Below, piece after piece: positions 13,620-27,771 of a DNA stretch of 64,000 nt. Origin of the DNA: Botryllus schlosseri (Eukaryota); NCBI GenBank assembly GCA_051294905.1, contig CM119371.1, positions 7,504,001 through 7,568,000 of the forward strand, in the 5' to 3' direction. Position numbers and translations under genes: made by a program. The notes under the pieces were generated by a model. That model was not told the DNA's origin. It made no database searches and saw only the letters and a list, made by a program, of their open reading frames with translations. Positions within the stretch are counted from its first letter, which is position 1; every line of letters begins with the position of its first letter.

Positions 13620-14615
13620 CAGGGGTTCTCAGCCATTTCTTGGCCGTGGCCCATTTTCCGGTTTGAAAATGTGCTGTGGCCCACCTCTTATCCTAGATTC
13701 ATAATCCTGTTCAATGCATAGTTATCGACGGCGCCGATATCCTATTCCTCTAAAATATGCGCATTTTTCTCATAATTTACTGATGATATTTAAATATAGA
13801 CCTGTAAGACCATGAAATCGCGTGAAGGGGAATAATATAATTATTCTGGGTCCGCTTCAAACAATTTATTGGTGAATGGGGTACTACAGAGAACTGGAGA
13901 AAGATATATTCAATATGCATGCTGTACAATGCACATTGTATGTCTTGTACCAAACCAACTGCAGTTGCGATGTCGGAATATTCAATCCAATGATACAATC
14001 AATTCATGTCACTCTTACACTATGTACAATAATTTCCAGGGCGGGCATTTTGAACCGACTCCAAAGATTAATGCGCTCCGCTAAACCCACAATCCATTAC
14101 GATTTGTTATGGTGGTGCATATACCTCCACCAGAAGTTGCTAATAATTTTAAATTATGGCTATTTTTATCTCACAATCATACGACTTGCCATAGTACAGT
14201 AAATCTATACCTCAATTACCCTTCATTCCGAGTTTATTCCACACCCCTTTCAACGGCATACGACATATGACCATGCCGGAATACTTGGTTACTTCAGAAT
14301 TACCTTCCAGTTATTATATAGGCCTACTCGAAATTATTTCAATTGCTATTAGCCGTAGGTTGTCATAGCCATTGGAAAGAGCCGCTGTTTCTCCCTCCTG
14401 TTTTCGACTTGAACATGCTGACTCCATACGCGCCACAACGTCTCATCAGAGTCGGATGAAAAGCTTTACGTAGCCTATGTATAATCATTCGATAATATGA
14501 ATATATTTTTAGCGATTAATATAACAAAACTTACATTACCGTAATTCTAAAATTTTATAAATAGCTTTGTGGCCCACCTCAAATGCTCCTGTGGCCCACT
14601 CTTTGAGAACCCCTG
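13620..14615. mobile_element. hAT-Charlie-like MITE
   Basis: CAGGGGTTCTCA ... TGAGAACCCCTG, flanks GCCTAGGC/GCCTAGCA. Right flank matches the element-free paralog near 740. Confidence 0.75.
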
Positions 14616-16319
14616 GCCTAGCAGTTCATATCAAATCATAGTTCGTTCACATGAGCACGAGAATGGTCAGTGTATGTATCGCAAGCTTGGCTCGTTTCAG
14701 ACCATACAGTTCTTCTGTAAACTTTACAGTAAACCGGAAATTAGAATGGAACATTTCCCAAATTATATTAGAATTAGAGCAAGAAACATTTCACAGATTA
14801 GATTAGAGTCAGATTACTGGCATTTCCTCAAATTAGTCGAATAAGGCAATTAAAACTATCCAGTTATCCAAGTCTGTCAGGACCGTATAAGCCTTTTTGG
14901 GTCAATTGTTTGATTTGGCGGTCCGACTTGGATTGTTACTTGGGGCCTGCAGTGCGCTTCGCCCGGTCACTCGATGTCGGCAAAGTGAACAAGGCGCTTT
15001 CCGTAATGAGTTCTCCCTCGACAAATTTGAAATTTTGTCGCTGTCTGATTCCGTCGTCGTGACAACTTGCGACCCAGACAGGGGGTCTGGGGTTCGAATT
15101 TAACGAACTCTTCGTTTGACTGAGCCGCCATTCTTACTCGCTTTGAAACGTCGAACAGGACTGAGCCGGTTCACGTCCTCCTCGGTCTGCAAAAATACTA
15201 GGGGGTCAAGTCAATACTAGCATTGGAATCACGGGATCAACTCTACTGAAATCACGAGATATCGAGAAAGCATCTATCAGAGCTGTAGTAGCATTTACTT
15301 TGCTCTTAAAGCAGCGTTTCAATATCAGCTTACAGTCTTGAACACGCTACATTGCCTTGCCGATAATACCAACCATGGCACAACTATGAACTACACCAGT
15401 GGTTTCAAATCTTTTTTAAAACGGTACACCATTTTAAAGGTCACGCAAAACTTGTACCCCTCATTTAACAAAAATACATCGAATCCCTCGTAATGCTAAT
15501 CGGAAGGCGGCAATCCTTCGGAAACGCTAATGCTAAAAACTAATCAGCGGTCGAGATTACCACATCACGATCTAACAGTGGTTTTCAACGGCGGTCTACG
15601 AAACATTTTCAGGAAACCGGAAGCCGATCGAATAATCTAATTTGTGATATTGCAAGCTAGGGTAGACCATGTAAAGCAATTTTCCTTCTAATTGCTATAA
15701 CTTCATGGTTTACATCAGCCGAATGACCGTTTAATACAAGGTATTAAACCGCATCATGTGATATTAATTGCTTGCAAACCATTTAGTCAATGAGTAGAAC
15801 TATTGTTACAAACATTTTGCTGTTTAGAGCTGACATTGAGGTTTGTGTAAAAACTGCAAATTTGGAATAGAAAGGTCAAACAGAGTGATCATAATCAGAA
15901 ACCGCTTTAACGACGATATTCTCAGTGCTCTCACGATTTTGAGTCGGTATTACAATAATGTGACTTGCAAGTGTATATTTCTACATCGCTAATCTCAGGG
16001 TTGGGGAGTAAAAATCCGAATCGTCGGGTTTAAATTTTAATCCCTAAATCTGAACTCTTGTGAGGAATGACCCAAAAAAACTCACCATCTTCCGTGGGAC
16101 CCGCACTTATTCTGGTATCCTATCTTGAAAGAAAGACTGCACGGATGATAGAAATCAGAGCTTCTACTTTTCAGAGTTCTGTAACTAGATTTTGTCTACA
16201 TCTACAACCACCTCACCGCGGTCGGTTTTTATATTCTTCCACTTCTTCTTCTACAAATTTTTAGGAAAAACTAGTTGCTTGTTACACTTTGGATTTCGCT
16301 CGCAATCTTTTCACTAGGC

Positions 16320-17421
16320 CAGTGGTTCCCAACCTGTGGTAAGCGTACCACTAGTGGTACGCGAGGGTCATCCAGGTGGTACGCGAGTACATACGTTTTT
16401 TTTCGACCGAAGGAAGTTATTAGCTTAGTTGGGTTGATTCTGAATGTGTTGGATTTTTTTGATTATGTTGTGAAAAAAATATTCCATGCATCTCATCAAC
16501 CCGAGCTGATAATGCCTAGTTTAATAAAATTTGTTATTACTAGGGCGATTGAGCGTTAAGTCATAAAGTTGTCAATTGTTTACAAGGTCCACATTTTTTG
16601 GACCCCTCCATTTCGTTTGTATCGTAGTTTTGCTATTTTCCAGCTTGTAGCCCACTTTATAGGCCTACCGTTGTAGGCGGCCCATTGTCTGCTCATCGAG
16701 GATCATAAATTGTTAAACGAACAAATAAGGTTGACAATTGATATGGTGTTATGCTCAACGTACCGTAATATCGTGACTGAAGCAAGACTGCTTGACATCG
16801 CATGGTTATTTCATCAAGAACATATTGAAAAATTGTGATGCATGGCAACATTGACAGTATGAAGCGACATTTTGTGTCACCAGCAGTGAACGCACAGCTT
16901 CAGTGTTGCCAGCCAACAACTACTGCTGTTAAACGGTATTTCTCCATTCTTGGCAAGCTACTTAGTAAGCACAAACACTTTCTACCCGAGAATGTAAGAA
17001 AGTATATTTCGTTGCACTACAACAAATTTTAGTCAACTCTACCATAATACGTGGTGTAACTACTGGGCCAGATATCGTTAAAATAAAGTTTTTTCATGTC
17101 AAAATTTGTAAGTTTTCAGGTCTAAAACGCTTTTCGTAAGGACAGACAGTCCCACTCCCTACCAGAAATGAATATAACATTATGTGCGAAAACACCTAAT
17201 TTGCGTACATGATGTCAAAAATTGGTCAAAATCCTCCGATTTTTAGGGAAAAAATCGCCCCAGTTATTACACCTCACATAGCTCAAATATACGTGAGTAT
17301 GATGTCATAAACGGTGAAAACATTCGACCGCCTACGGCGTGCGTAAATTATGTAGGTGGTACGCGAGCACCGCATAAAACCTTGAAGTGGTACGTGGGTG
17401 GAAAAAGGTTGGGAACCACTG
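16320..17421 (+). mobile_element. hAT-Charlie-like deletion derivative with transposase dimerisation-domain remnant
   Basis: TIR CAGTGGTTCCCAACCT, perfect TSD CACTAGGC. ORF 16835-17032 PTTTAVKRYFSILGKLLSKHKHFLPENVRKYISLHYN resembles the hAT C-terminal (ERxFS) domain. Confidence 0.85.
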
Positions 17422-17459
17422 CACTAGGCCCACAATACTTTATTTTTTTACTATTTGGA

Positions 17460-18720
17460 AATTTCTACTTGTACTTGAAAAGAAATTTACCACACTGCTT
17501 ACCCTTTCAGTCAATTACCAACGACGAACACTTTGACCACATCTGCTCCTGAATCGCTGCCAAACCCAACCTTCACCCACCTTTTTAAATCGGGATCAAT
17601 CGACTTTTCCTGTAGGCGTTCGGACCAAGGGTGGATCACTCCCGGTGGTGGGTGGTCCTTCGACCAATTGGGTGCCATGCCGGAAATCCATCCTGAACGA
17701 GGGCGATGCTGGAATGAAAGTGGGTAGTTTTTTTGTTGGCAACACGAAGCAAAATGCAACACTGATTCGGTTACAATCATAATTGTAAATACAAGGTGTC
17801 TTCAAAATTAGAGTACAACGATAACTACATATTATTTATAATATTATAAATGAGCTTAGAATCAGAATTACATCTATACAGCTAACAGACTTTACCTCAG
17901 TCCGAATTTACTGGAAAACCGTGCCCAATATTTTTTGCATGATTTCTTTGTCAAATCGGAATGAGTAAATGCTAGACGTAGGCGTAGGTAGGGTTTAAAT
18001 ATCTGGTGTGCCAATGCGAAGGATAGCAACATCTTACAAGAAATGACGTTATGGTGTATGGAATCCATTCGGTTTCAATTGATTCATTTCACACTGATAT
18101 TGTGATCATTGTGGACAGAATGTTGCTATTGCCAATTCTGGACATGTTACAAAATTACACAGAAACTCACCTGTAATCATCACGATCCCTCGAAATCTTG
18201 ATAAAGAGATCTTGTCTTATGGGAGGAGATAAAGCCTGAAAGAAAATCTAATTATTATGCATCAGGAAGGATAAGACTATAGCACTGCTGCTTGAATGTG
18301 ACTTGATCAAAAACAGTGAAGCTATTGAACAGTTTTCCACCGATCACTTTTAACTGTATAGAGCCATAAAATGTGAAAAATATTCTCTTCTTGGGTAGAA
18401 AATCTGTTACTGTGCGCAGGGTGTGTTTCGCTTTGATTTACTCATTCATCTTTATGGCATCACAGAGCTGTCGTCGTGCGTGTTAAAACCATTATTACAC
18501 ATTCCCCAGTGCTCAATGTCCGACATCGATGGATTTTTCCATAACAAAAAAGAGGTCAACCACAATCGCCTTTAACGAATACAGATCAGTGCATGAATCC
18601 AAGCTTTTAAACGGGCTCTCAAGGAGAATGTGCAGTAAGTGCGAGGATAACCCTTAGTTCAATAACTCGTCATTTAGCAAGTAGCCATCGGAAAGAATTG
18701 TATCATTTTCACAAGTGAAA
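17460..18720 (-). pseudogene. Second relic of the multi-exon gene
   Basis: 65-nt exon 18235-18171 with AG/GT, exon ~18035-17895 (AHQIFKPYL..THSDLTKKSCKKY..SSKFG), acceptor near 17709. Confidence 0.45.
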
Positions 18721-19660
18721 TTATTGGCAATTACTACTTGCTCTTGAAGCAGCGTTAAAATATAAGCTCACAGTCTTGAACAGTCTACATTGCTGCGATA
18801 ATAATACAAACTATGGAACAAAAATGAACCATGCCAGTTGCCTTTATCTTTTTGGAAACATTTTGTAGTATACTCAAAACTTGTCCAGTTCAGCTTCACA
18901 TAATACATCAAATCCGTAGTAATCCTAATCGGAATAGGGATGGGTAAGGCTGCAACCTATCAGAAATGGTAATGATAAAAACTAATCGAGAGTATTGGAT
19001 CACGGTCTAACAGTGGTTTCAACTGGGGTCTAGGAAACATTATTAGGAAACCGCAAGCCGATTGATATATATAATTTGTGATATTGGAAGCTAGGGTAGA
19101 TTATGTGAAGCAATTTCGTTTGTAACTGCTGAACCTTCATGGCTTGCATCAGCCAAATGACCGTTTGATACAAGATATCAAACTGTGTCAGCTAATTTTA
19201 ATTGCCTGCAAACCCTTTTAGTCAATGAGTAGCCCTAATGATACAAACATTTCGCTGTATCGGGCTGATTTGCTGAGGTTTGTGGAAAAACTGCAAATTA
19301 GGAATGGAAAGGTCAATCAGAGCGACAATAATAAGAAACCACCTAAACGATGATACTCTTAATGTTCCCATAATTTTACGTCGGTGTTATAATAAATGAA
19401 TGTGGCATGCATGTGTGTTTTTCTATTTCATTAATCCTGCGATTTCAATTTTGATTCTGAAATCCTAACCCTAGTCAATACACCCACGCAGGGGGGCGAA
19501 CCCAAAAAACTCACCATCTTCCGTGGGTCCCGCACTTATTTTGATATCCCATTTTGACAAAATGATTGCACATATGATAGGAATCTGAACTTGTACTTTT
19601 CAAAGTTCTTCATGTAGGTTTCGTCTACTTCTACAACTACTGCAAGTGGTTAGTTTTTAT

Positions 19661-20201
19661 TATCGAATGTAAACATGGAATGGCAACGACCCATTTTGCA
19701 GCAGCTACTGTAGGATTTCTGGCAATCCAAAAGCTATCTTCCAGAGCGCAGAATTTACTGAATCTGGTCTTGATCGAAAGCTACTGTCGCACAGACTCCG
19801 AAAATATAAATTAAAATATGATCAGGCACTGAACCACCCAGAATTCACCCTCCAAGTCTGAATTATCATCATTGTCCGAGCAACGGAGGATCCGCGATGG
19901 GTATTGTTTTGGTCATTGTTTTGCGGTCATCCGATTGTTCTGAACAATGCAGATTTTAAATGTTGAGGGAGATTTTTCACCCATTTATGGAGCCTGCCAA
20001 TTTTTGATATACATTTTTGGAATCAGTAGCGACAGTAGCTCTCGATTGAGGCCAGATTCAGTAAAGTCTGCACTTTGGGGGATAAGTTTTGGATTGGTAG
20101 ATATCCTACAGTCGCTGCTGCAAATTAAGACTGAATAAAGCCTCAGCAAGCAGAACGAAGCTGCAAAACCGGTCGTTGCCATTATATGTTTACATTCGAT
20201 A
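19661..20201. mobile_element. Diverged foldback element, family B
   Basis: TATCGAATGTAAACAT ... ATGTTTACATTCGATA, 8-bp TSD GTTTTTAT/GTTTTTCT. A single GTTTTTAT occurs at the paralogous empty site near 39495. Confidence 0.8.
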
Positions 20202-22259
20202 GTTTTTCTACTCTTACACTTCTACTTTTTGAAAAAAACTAGTTGCTTGTCACACTTTGGATTTCGCAAAGTGGAATGTAGTTTTGTGATACTTGTAATT
20301 CTTACTTAATTGATGACGATTTCAAACTACTTCCATTTCTACTCAAGTTTTTAGGAAAAACTACTCGTTTATTATAGTAGGTAGTAGTTTTGTGATAGTT
20401 TTGCAACTTGCGTGGTAGCAATTTTAAACTACTACCAGCTACAGTTTTTCGGCAAAACAGAGATTACTTACGGTACTTTTTTACATATCTGGAAATCACG
20501 ATTTCCATTTGTACTTCAGTAGAAATTTCAACGCTCCTTCTCCTTTTATTTGAGTACCGACGATGAACACTTTGATCAACTCTGCTCCTAAAACAACAAT
20601 GTCGATTCACCCCCAACCCAACCTTCATCTACATTTGTCACCCACCTTTTTGAATCGGGATCAAACTACTTTTCCTGTACGCACACGAACCAGCGGTGGG
20701 ACCTGGGGCACTTTCTGGCGGATCACTCCCGCTGGTGGTCTGACCTTCGACCATTTACGTGACGGGCCGGAAATCCACCCCGAACGAGACGGACGCTGGA
20801 ATAAAGCGTGATACGTTTTTTATGGCAAGAGGGAGCAAATTGCGACATAGACTAGACTGGATTAAAATTATAATTGTAACCACACAGTTATTTCCAAAAC
20901 CACTAACACACCGTACAAATGCATCAGGACACCGTAAAAGCTGTCGCGTAATAATTTTGCAGCTAGCGGACTTTTGACTGTCACAATAGAATATTATAGA
21001 GTTTTACAAAAATTGATCTGATATCAGAGCATTGGAGCAGTACAGCCTAATCCGGGTTTCGGGGTTTCTCCTGATAACTGAGGTATTGATCAATCACTAC
21101 CTAAGTCAAATTAAATCAGCGTTAGATTTACCATCGAGTATTGGAACAGATTTATAACAGCTATAGCATGAGATATGTCAATTCGCCGAAGAATCCATTG
21201 GTATTACAGGCGTGAAGGCTACGACTACTGTATACTCGCTACATTTATTGGCGATGGTAACAAGGATAAAGATACCCAAGATGACACAGGATGTAACAAC
21301 TATACATCAAGAGGGTAACATACTCCCAATGTCTGCATACCGAGCTACTTAGATATCTACATAAACTACGCAACACAAGCTAACACCTTTTGATATGTTA
21401 CCATTCCCCATACCAGTTTGATAGTTTTTTGCGTCCGTGGCGTTCCGAGTCCCAATAATTCCTTCTCTGATTGTGACGTTTGACGGGACGGGAGTCCGAG
21501 ATCGAGTTATTCTACAAACGGTCGCACTCAAGTCCAAATCACAATTTTCAGTCACGAATCATTAACGGGCCATGTTTTACCATCATAAACAAGTAGTGTG
21601 AGTGTTTGACGTAATAGCTGCTCTTCCACTGTGTAGCAACTTTTGAAAGTGATGTAATAGTGAAGTTTGATGAGTAGTTTTAGAGCAAATTCCCAGTTAT
21701 CAAATTAAAAAAAAAAATTAGCAGTTAAAGATTCTCGAATGCTTCGAACTCCAAAATGCCTTTGCAGGACGCGAAAAAAATGCCCGCGGGACGCTGGTTT
21801 GAGAAATTATCCAATAGATTTTGTTATGGTGATCACCTAGAAACAATGACCATCAGTCTATAGAAAATAGATAGATACCTTGTTATTTTATTGCGTCACT
21901 GCTGCAATCCGAGCATTAGTAAAGTGCACGGATTTTTATTGACCCCGAGTACTTGAAATTGACTCAACAATTTTACTGCAAGTCACGAGTAAATCAGCAT
22001 TTCTGGAACGCCGAGTCAAGTCATACGAAAAAGTTGACTCGAGTCACGCCAACACTGCTACTTTGGGCGTACAACACAATGGTGCCACTGTTGTACGAAA
22101 CCGTTGGAAATTAGCCTACAACTTCTGAGGAGTTCCATATATTTGAAAACTACAGTGACTTTGAAACAAACTTCGTTAAATTTCAACAATGCAATTACGC
22201 ACTTGACAATATAATGGAGACTATAGCAAACAGCAAAGTCGCGTTTCTTTAAAAAAAAT

Positions 22260-23100
22260 GCTGAACACTCACTATCAAGTAAGTGGTCTGTAACAGGACT
22301 TGGCGAAGGACGAGCTTCGACCACGATTGCCACTAACGAATACAGAGGTGTGGATGGTGCATGCTTTCAAATGGGATTTCGAGGAGCATATGCAGCACGA
22401 GAGAGGATAGCTATTAGCCATATCTCAATCGTTCTATTAGAAGTCACGTGCGTATCGATCACTTCCTACAAACTTGGATAATAACTTCAACGTAGCCTCA
22501 AATAGAAAACTGATATCATTACTTCAGTTATCAATTGTTAAATACCTAGGTAGGTTTGAATAGAATGATGATGTACATCCTAATAACGCAGCCCGATAAA
22601 ACTCACCTTGAATGGCATTAAATAAACTTGCTTGAAAGTTACAACTTGCTTGACTCTGATCGAAAGAACATCCGTGCCTGTGATGATAAAGAAAGGATAC
22701 ATCGGGTTCGAAACAACTTAAATTGGAACTTAACAGTCACCCAATTTGTTGTTGCAGATTGAAATAAGATCGGTACTAGTGGTTGAGTTTATTGCTGATA
22801 ATTTTATCATTTCAAAACACCCCGGCATAACATTGATGGCAAATAACCGAATTTGAAATCTTTGATTTTGTAAATATCACTCACTTTCATCTCCCAGGTA
22901 GAGTCGTCAGACATTGATGCATGTCAGATTCCAACTGATTCATTTCACAACAGGCGACCAGATCAATAAATGATATGTTATGAATTGTGGTCTTCTGATT
23001 GCAATCCACAGAGACAAAATGAAGAGTGGTTATGAAAAGTAAAATCAACAAATCTATATATACAGCACAGGCTGCTCAAGCATGACAATCGTACCAGCAG
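22260..23100 (-). pseudogene. Third relic (5' part) of the multi-exon gene
   Basis: 71-nt AG/GT exon 22677-22607 homologous to 9154-9084 and 4017-3948. The next exon reads EVIDTHVTSNRTIEIWLIAIL. Confidence 0.45.
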
Positions 23101-23581
23101 CTGTGGTACAAAACGAGTTACCAATAAAAACATAATCGAAATGGTTACGTTGAGTATGTGTACAATTTTAGTACAGTATCTTGATTATGGATAGCGAAAA
23201 ACTGATGACAATTCTTGAATGAGCGTCCCCAAATTCGTCAAAAACAATCAAAAACAGGATAAACAAAAATTTCATCAGATTTTATTACGTAGGCTAGTCA
23301 TTCATTGTTAATCCACGATTATCATAAAAACTTGTAACCTAGGCTCAATTCGGAAGCACACACTGTTGTGAGTATAATTTTTGAAGAGCAAATAACTTAC
23401 AAATATTGTATGCGGCAAGGACAAGGAAGAGATCATAAACACTCATCTGAAATTTTCAAGCATGGAGTCATTGAGTGTCGCAGGTTATTTCATACTGAAT
23501 TATGGGAAGGGTAAAACTTATACGGCTTAAAGTAATCAGTAGGTTTCCCCCACTCCTGATATTGGCCATAGAACCCTAGTG

Positions 23582-24442
23582 CAGGGGTCACCAACACGGC
23601 GCCCACAGGCCCCAGGTAACCCGTGAGGACCAGATGAGTAGCCCGCGAGCATGTTCTAAAAATAGTTCGGATCGCACCATTGACCAATATTCGTCAGATT
23701 ATTATCAGCGAGCTTTTAAATGAATAGATTGATTGATTTAGCTATTCTTGTTTAAATCACAATAACATGTACCGGTAACTTACAAATGACAATACATATA
23801 TATAAACACTTAAAATGATGATATCAAATATCCTCAATTACAATTAGACACATACTAACACCCCAGCATGTAATAGAATCACAAGATGTCGAAGACGTTG
23901 GATACGGCGCAGGGCGCACTACCTACTTTTAATGCCTTGCTAACACGGAAAGTGCAGTGGTGTATGCGCAGCAGCTGTGAAGGTTGCAAGCGTGTTTGGT
24001 TCAACTTATCGTTGTTAATCAACCTTTTCGGACATGGACTTCATCATAAGCAAACACAAGACACGCCTCACTAATGCACATCTGGAACACTCACTATGAG
24101 TTGCATTGTCAAGTTACATACCTGAGTACAGCGCACTAGTTGATAGCATGCAATGCCAGGCTTCCCGCTGACTGATACAGAAACAGATAAAATGATGTCT
24201 GGTGTAATGTGTGACATGATTTGTTTTCAAATTTGAGGTGAGTGTTGTTGTATAATTTATACAAATATGGTGCGAAGTAATTCATGATTTCCTGAAAAGT
24301 CTTAGTGGCTAGCTAGCTGAAATGAGATGTTTTGATTAAAAGACTCTCTTGCTGCAATGTGATTCTTGCCCGGTGCTATAAATGTCGCTTAAATCAGTAC
24401 CCAAAAAGTAGCTCTTGATTGCAAAAAGGTTGGCGACCCCTG
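23582..24442. mobile_element. hAT-Charlie-like MITE
   Basis: CAGGGGTCACCAAC ... GTTGGCGACCCCTG, perfect TSD CCCTAGTG. Confidence 0.85.
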
Positions 24443-25138
24443 CCCTAGTGGGATCAATTGTACAAGTCATCAAAATGATCGACCATATCTATAATGAGTA
24501 AATAGGTAAAGGTAAAGGTAGTAAATATATGATGGGCTGCATCAACTAGAATTGCCGGCATGATTATGCACTTTCGTACAAATCATGAAGTATATTTTCA
24601 CAAAATTACTGCCTACTATTGCGATGGCATTCATCAAATGATACGAATCTACCGTGAAGTAGTTTCCACATGACACAATTTGAATAATTGAACGTACGAA
24701 GTTCCGCCGATTTGAAAGAATAAAATGCAAAATCTTGAAGGCAGTTATAATGCATAGAGCTTTATCTTGTGAGCGACTTTATCTTCATTCATGTCTCAGC
24801 TGCAGACTTGTACAAACTACTAATCTAGTTGGTTCATGGTCAAAGAGCAGTTCCAGTTGCAAATTTTGAAAGCGAGTAGTTTAGCGTGAATAGCGATACT
24901 GGTGTTCTGTTGCGTGACGTTCTTGCAGCTATTGCTAGGTTGGAGTCAACACTACTAACAGTGGCGTAGCCAGGGAGTGAGTTTTGAGGGTCGAAAACCA
25001 TAATTTCATAGTCTAAAACCTGTTCTTTTGAAACGAAGATTCTATTTCCAACTCAGTAATTCGCATTATAAAGTACTGCAGTTGCTTCGGATCTGAAAAA
25101 TCCAGTAATTTGTACAAGTTTGCTCAGGTGAGTGCAAT

Positions 25139-26758
25139 CTATCTCTTCACCAATACGGATTTGTAAATCTCAAAACATTGAACCACTTTTGGTTTCATCA
25201 TAGTCCATTTGTCTTGAGATAATTCATACTTTTCAATTGCATTAGAGTTTTCGAAATATGCTACTGCAAAAATCCACTTGCCAATGTGATAAGCAGATAC
25301 CCGACCATGACAAGCATTCATAGAAGATAATGAAGTCCATTGAGCTGAAGTAACATCGTAACATTCTACCCTGTCAATTTTCGTTCCTATACTCCAGCCA
25401 CCGATCACAAATATCTTCTGATCAACTGCAACAACACCACTCCCCCACACAGGATATCTCATGGGGTTGAGATCAACCCACTCTGACGAGGATGGAGTGA
25501 ATCTGCAGAATGATGAAACTATGCGATCATTTTTTCCTACGCCTCCGACACAATAAATGGAATCATTCAATGATACGAGACTTGTTAAACGAATAGCTGA
25601 AGGTTTGTCTTTCAATTGAAACCATTGATTCGCAGGGGAAGTAAATATTTCCACATCACTTGTTGCTTTACCATTGCTTCCTCCAACAATGAATATCGAT
25701 CCTGACAAAGAAACTGAGCGAGGATCAGATCCATGGTAACAAATCATATCTTTCATCCTTTCCCATTTTGAATTTTTGCTCTGAAAATTGAGACGATGAA
25801 CTGATTTATTTCTACATAAAACGTAGATGTATGAGTCTAGACAAATCGGTGTAAACACTGGTAAATTCCTAAACTTTTCCTCGTGAAACTTCTCTAGCTT
25901 CTCAGTTACTGGATTGACGGATCTGATACAATCTGCCTGATTGTCAAAGAGAATTATCAATTCATCTCTGCTGATTTCTCCGTTTGTTTTCTGTGATGCT
26001 TTCAACAGATGTCGAGTGATCAACTTGTACAGTCCAAAGTCATTACCGATAATTTGGTTTGATTCCAAGAGACGTTGTAAAAATGCCGAAGAGACTTCAT
26101 TAAATTTGATCGCTTTAAGACATTCGTGCAAATGTTCCTGATTTTTGCGATTTTTCTCAACCCAATTGAACAATAACGTTAATTTTTCTTCTTCGCATAA
26201 TTTTGATTGCTCCAACTTCACAAAATTCTGGATGCAAGATTTTTCAATATTTCCAAATTCGGGTTGGTTTGATATTTCCATGATATTTTCATGGAAAAAT
26301 GCTCTACATTGCGTAGAGATGGCATCCAGTCCATACATATCGGCCACATTTCTCGTAGAGAAGTAATTCTTTACATTAAGTGATTCCTCCAAAATGTCAG
26401 ATACTGCCTGTTTCACGTCATCCAACTGCATCATGATTGCGACATGAAGAAGATCATTCATCTTTTCATCAGGAATCTCAAATTTGCCGGAATATATGAA
26501 ATCGATGCAGTTTTTCACACACTGAGAATCGACCTCTTTCAAAACAACTTTTCCTTCGCGACTCTCTTTTGTATCATACTTTAACATAGCTTTGAAATAT
26601 GCACAACCAGCCGACAAGACATTTCTGTGAGTGTAATAGACATCATCTCCTACTTGAATTATGAAATCACAATGATCGTTCTCCTGCTTCATTCGATGTA
26701 ATTCTTCCATCATCTTCACTGAATGTTTCTCTACATTTGGACACACAATCTGCATCAT
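25139..26758 (-). CDS. BTB-BACK-Kelch protein, paralog 2, 539 aa, intronless CDS
   Basis: Colinear with paralog 1 without gaps, same domain motifs. Confidence 0.95.
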   Translation of the reverse strand: MMQIVCPNVEKHSVKMMEELHRMKQENDHCDFIIQVGDDVYYTHRNVLSAGCAYFKAMLKYDTKESREGKVVLKEVDSQCVKNCIDFIYSGKFEIPDEKMNDLLHVAIMMQLDDVKQAVSDILEESLNVKNYFSTRNVADMYGLDAISTQCRAFFHENIMEISNQPEFGNIEKSCIQNFVKLEQSKLCEEEKLTLLFNWVEKNRKNQEHLHECLKAIKFNEVSSAFLQRLLESNQIIGNDFGLYKLITRHLLKASQKTNGEISRDELIILFDNQADCIRSVNPVTEKLEKFHEEKFRNLPVFTPICLDSYIYVLCRNKSVHRLNFQSKNSKWERMKDMICYHGSDPRSVSLSGSIFIVGGSNGKATSDVEIFTSPANQWFQLKDKPSAIRLTSLVSLNDSIYCVGGVGKNDRIVSSFCRFTPSSSEWVDLNPMRYPVWGSGVVAVDQKIFVIGGWSIGTKIDRVECYDVTSAQWTSLSSMNACHGRVSAYHIGKWIFAVAYFENSNAIEKYELSQDKWTMMKPKVVQCFEIYKSVLVKR

Positions 26759-27173
26759 GATTGTCGATCAACTATAATTATCCTACGATTATTATAATAC
26801 ACTCAGGCACTTTTATTGAATTAAAGATGATTAGTTAACTCTAGTAATGCCTGTTGAAAGAATCCTAATACGTTTATCAACGTCACGAGTATGAATTGAA
26901 GGAAATTCAACTACACACAAGGTGAACACTGAACAGTGCTAAATCAGAGGCAACCCTGCCATAATGCAGTTATGAAACCTTCTTCCATCGATTTGCTTTA
27001 CACTTTTATTCGCTGTATTGACACGAAACCAAAGAGTTATTGCGGTCGATTACCACCACCTCGCGAATGATCGAGTTGATTATCGGTAATCTAAATTGTA
27101 TGTTGGAACATCGTCAAATAATTTCATATTGTGGTATATTCCAGGAGCGGTCGCATCTGCTTCATCCTCCAAC

Positions 27174-27771
27174 TATAGATAACTAACCTACGGATAGATG
27201 GGCAACACGAGAGTCACGGTCGAGTGATGCGACAAGCGCAGATTTGTTGTCGCTTCATAGCATGAAACGAGAGCGTAATTGCTAAGCCCATAGATGACGA
27301 CCCGAGCGCTCAAATTAAATAAAGTTGATCTTATTTGAAAGCTACAGTCGCGCTGATTCTGATAATATACATTAAATTTTCATGAAGGCAATGGAACCAC
27401 CCCGCAATAGCATTCAAAATATGAAAATCGGCATTGTTCTAAAACAATTGCAACGGCGCAGCACAATGACCATAATAACGGTCCGTGCGTGGTTGCGATT
27501 GTTTAGAACAATGCCGATTTTCAGATTTTGAAGGCTATTTCGGGGTGGTTCCATTGCCTTAATGAAAATTTAATGTATATTATCAGAATCAGTGCGACTG
27601 TAGCTTTCAAATAAGATCAACTTTATTAAATATGAGCGCTCGGGTCGTAGTCTATGGGATTAGCAATTACGCTCCCGTTTCATGCTATAAAGCGACAACA
27701 AATCTGCCGTTGTCGCATTACTCGACCGTGACTCTCGTGTTGCCCATCTATCCGTAGGTTAGTTATCTATA
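27174..27771. mobile_element. Foldback element, family C (598 bp)
   Basis: TATAGATAAC...GTTATCTATA, ~280-bp inverted arms, flanks CTCCAAC/TTCCAAC. Absent upstream of paralog 1. Confidence 0.85.
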
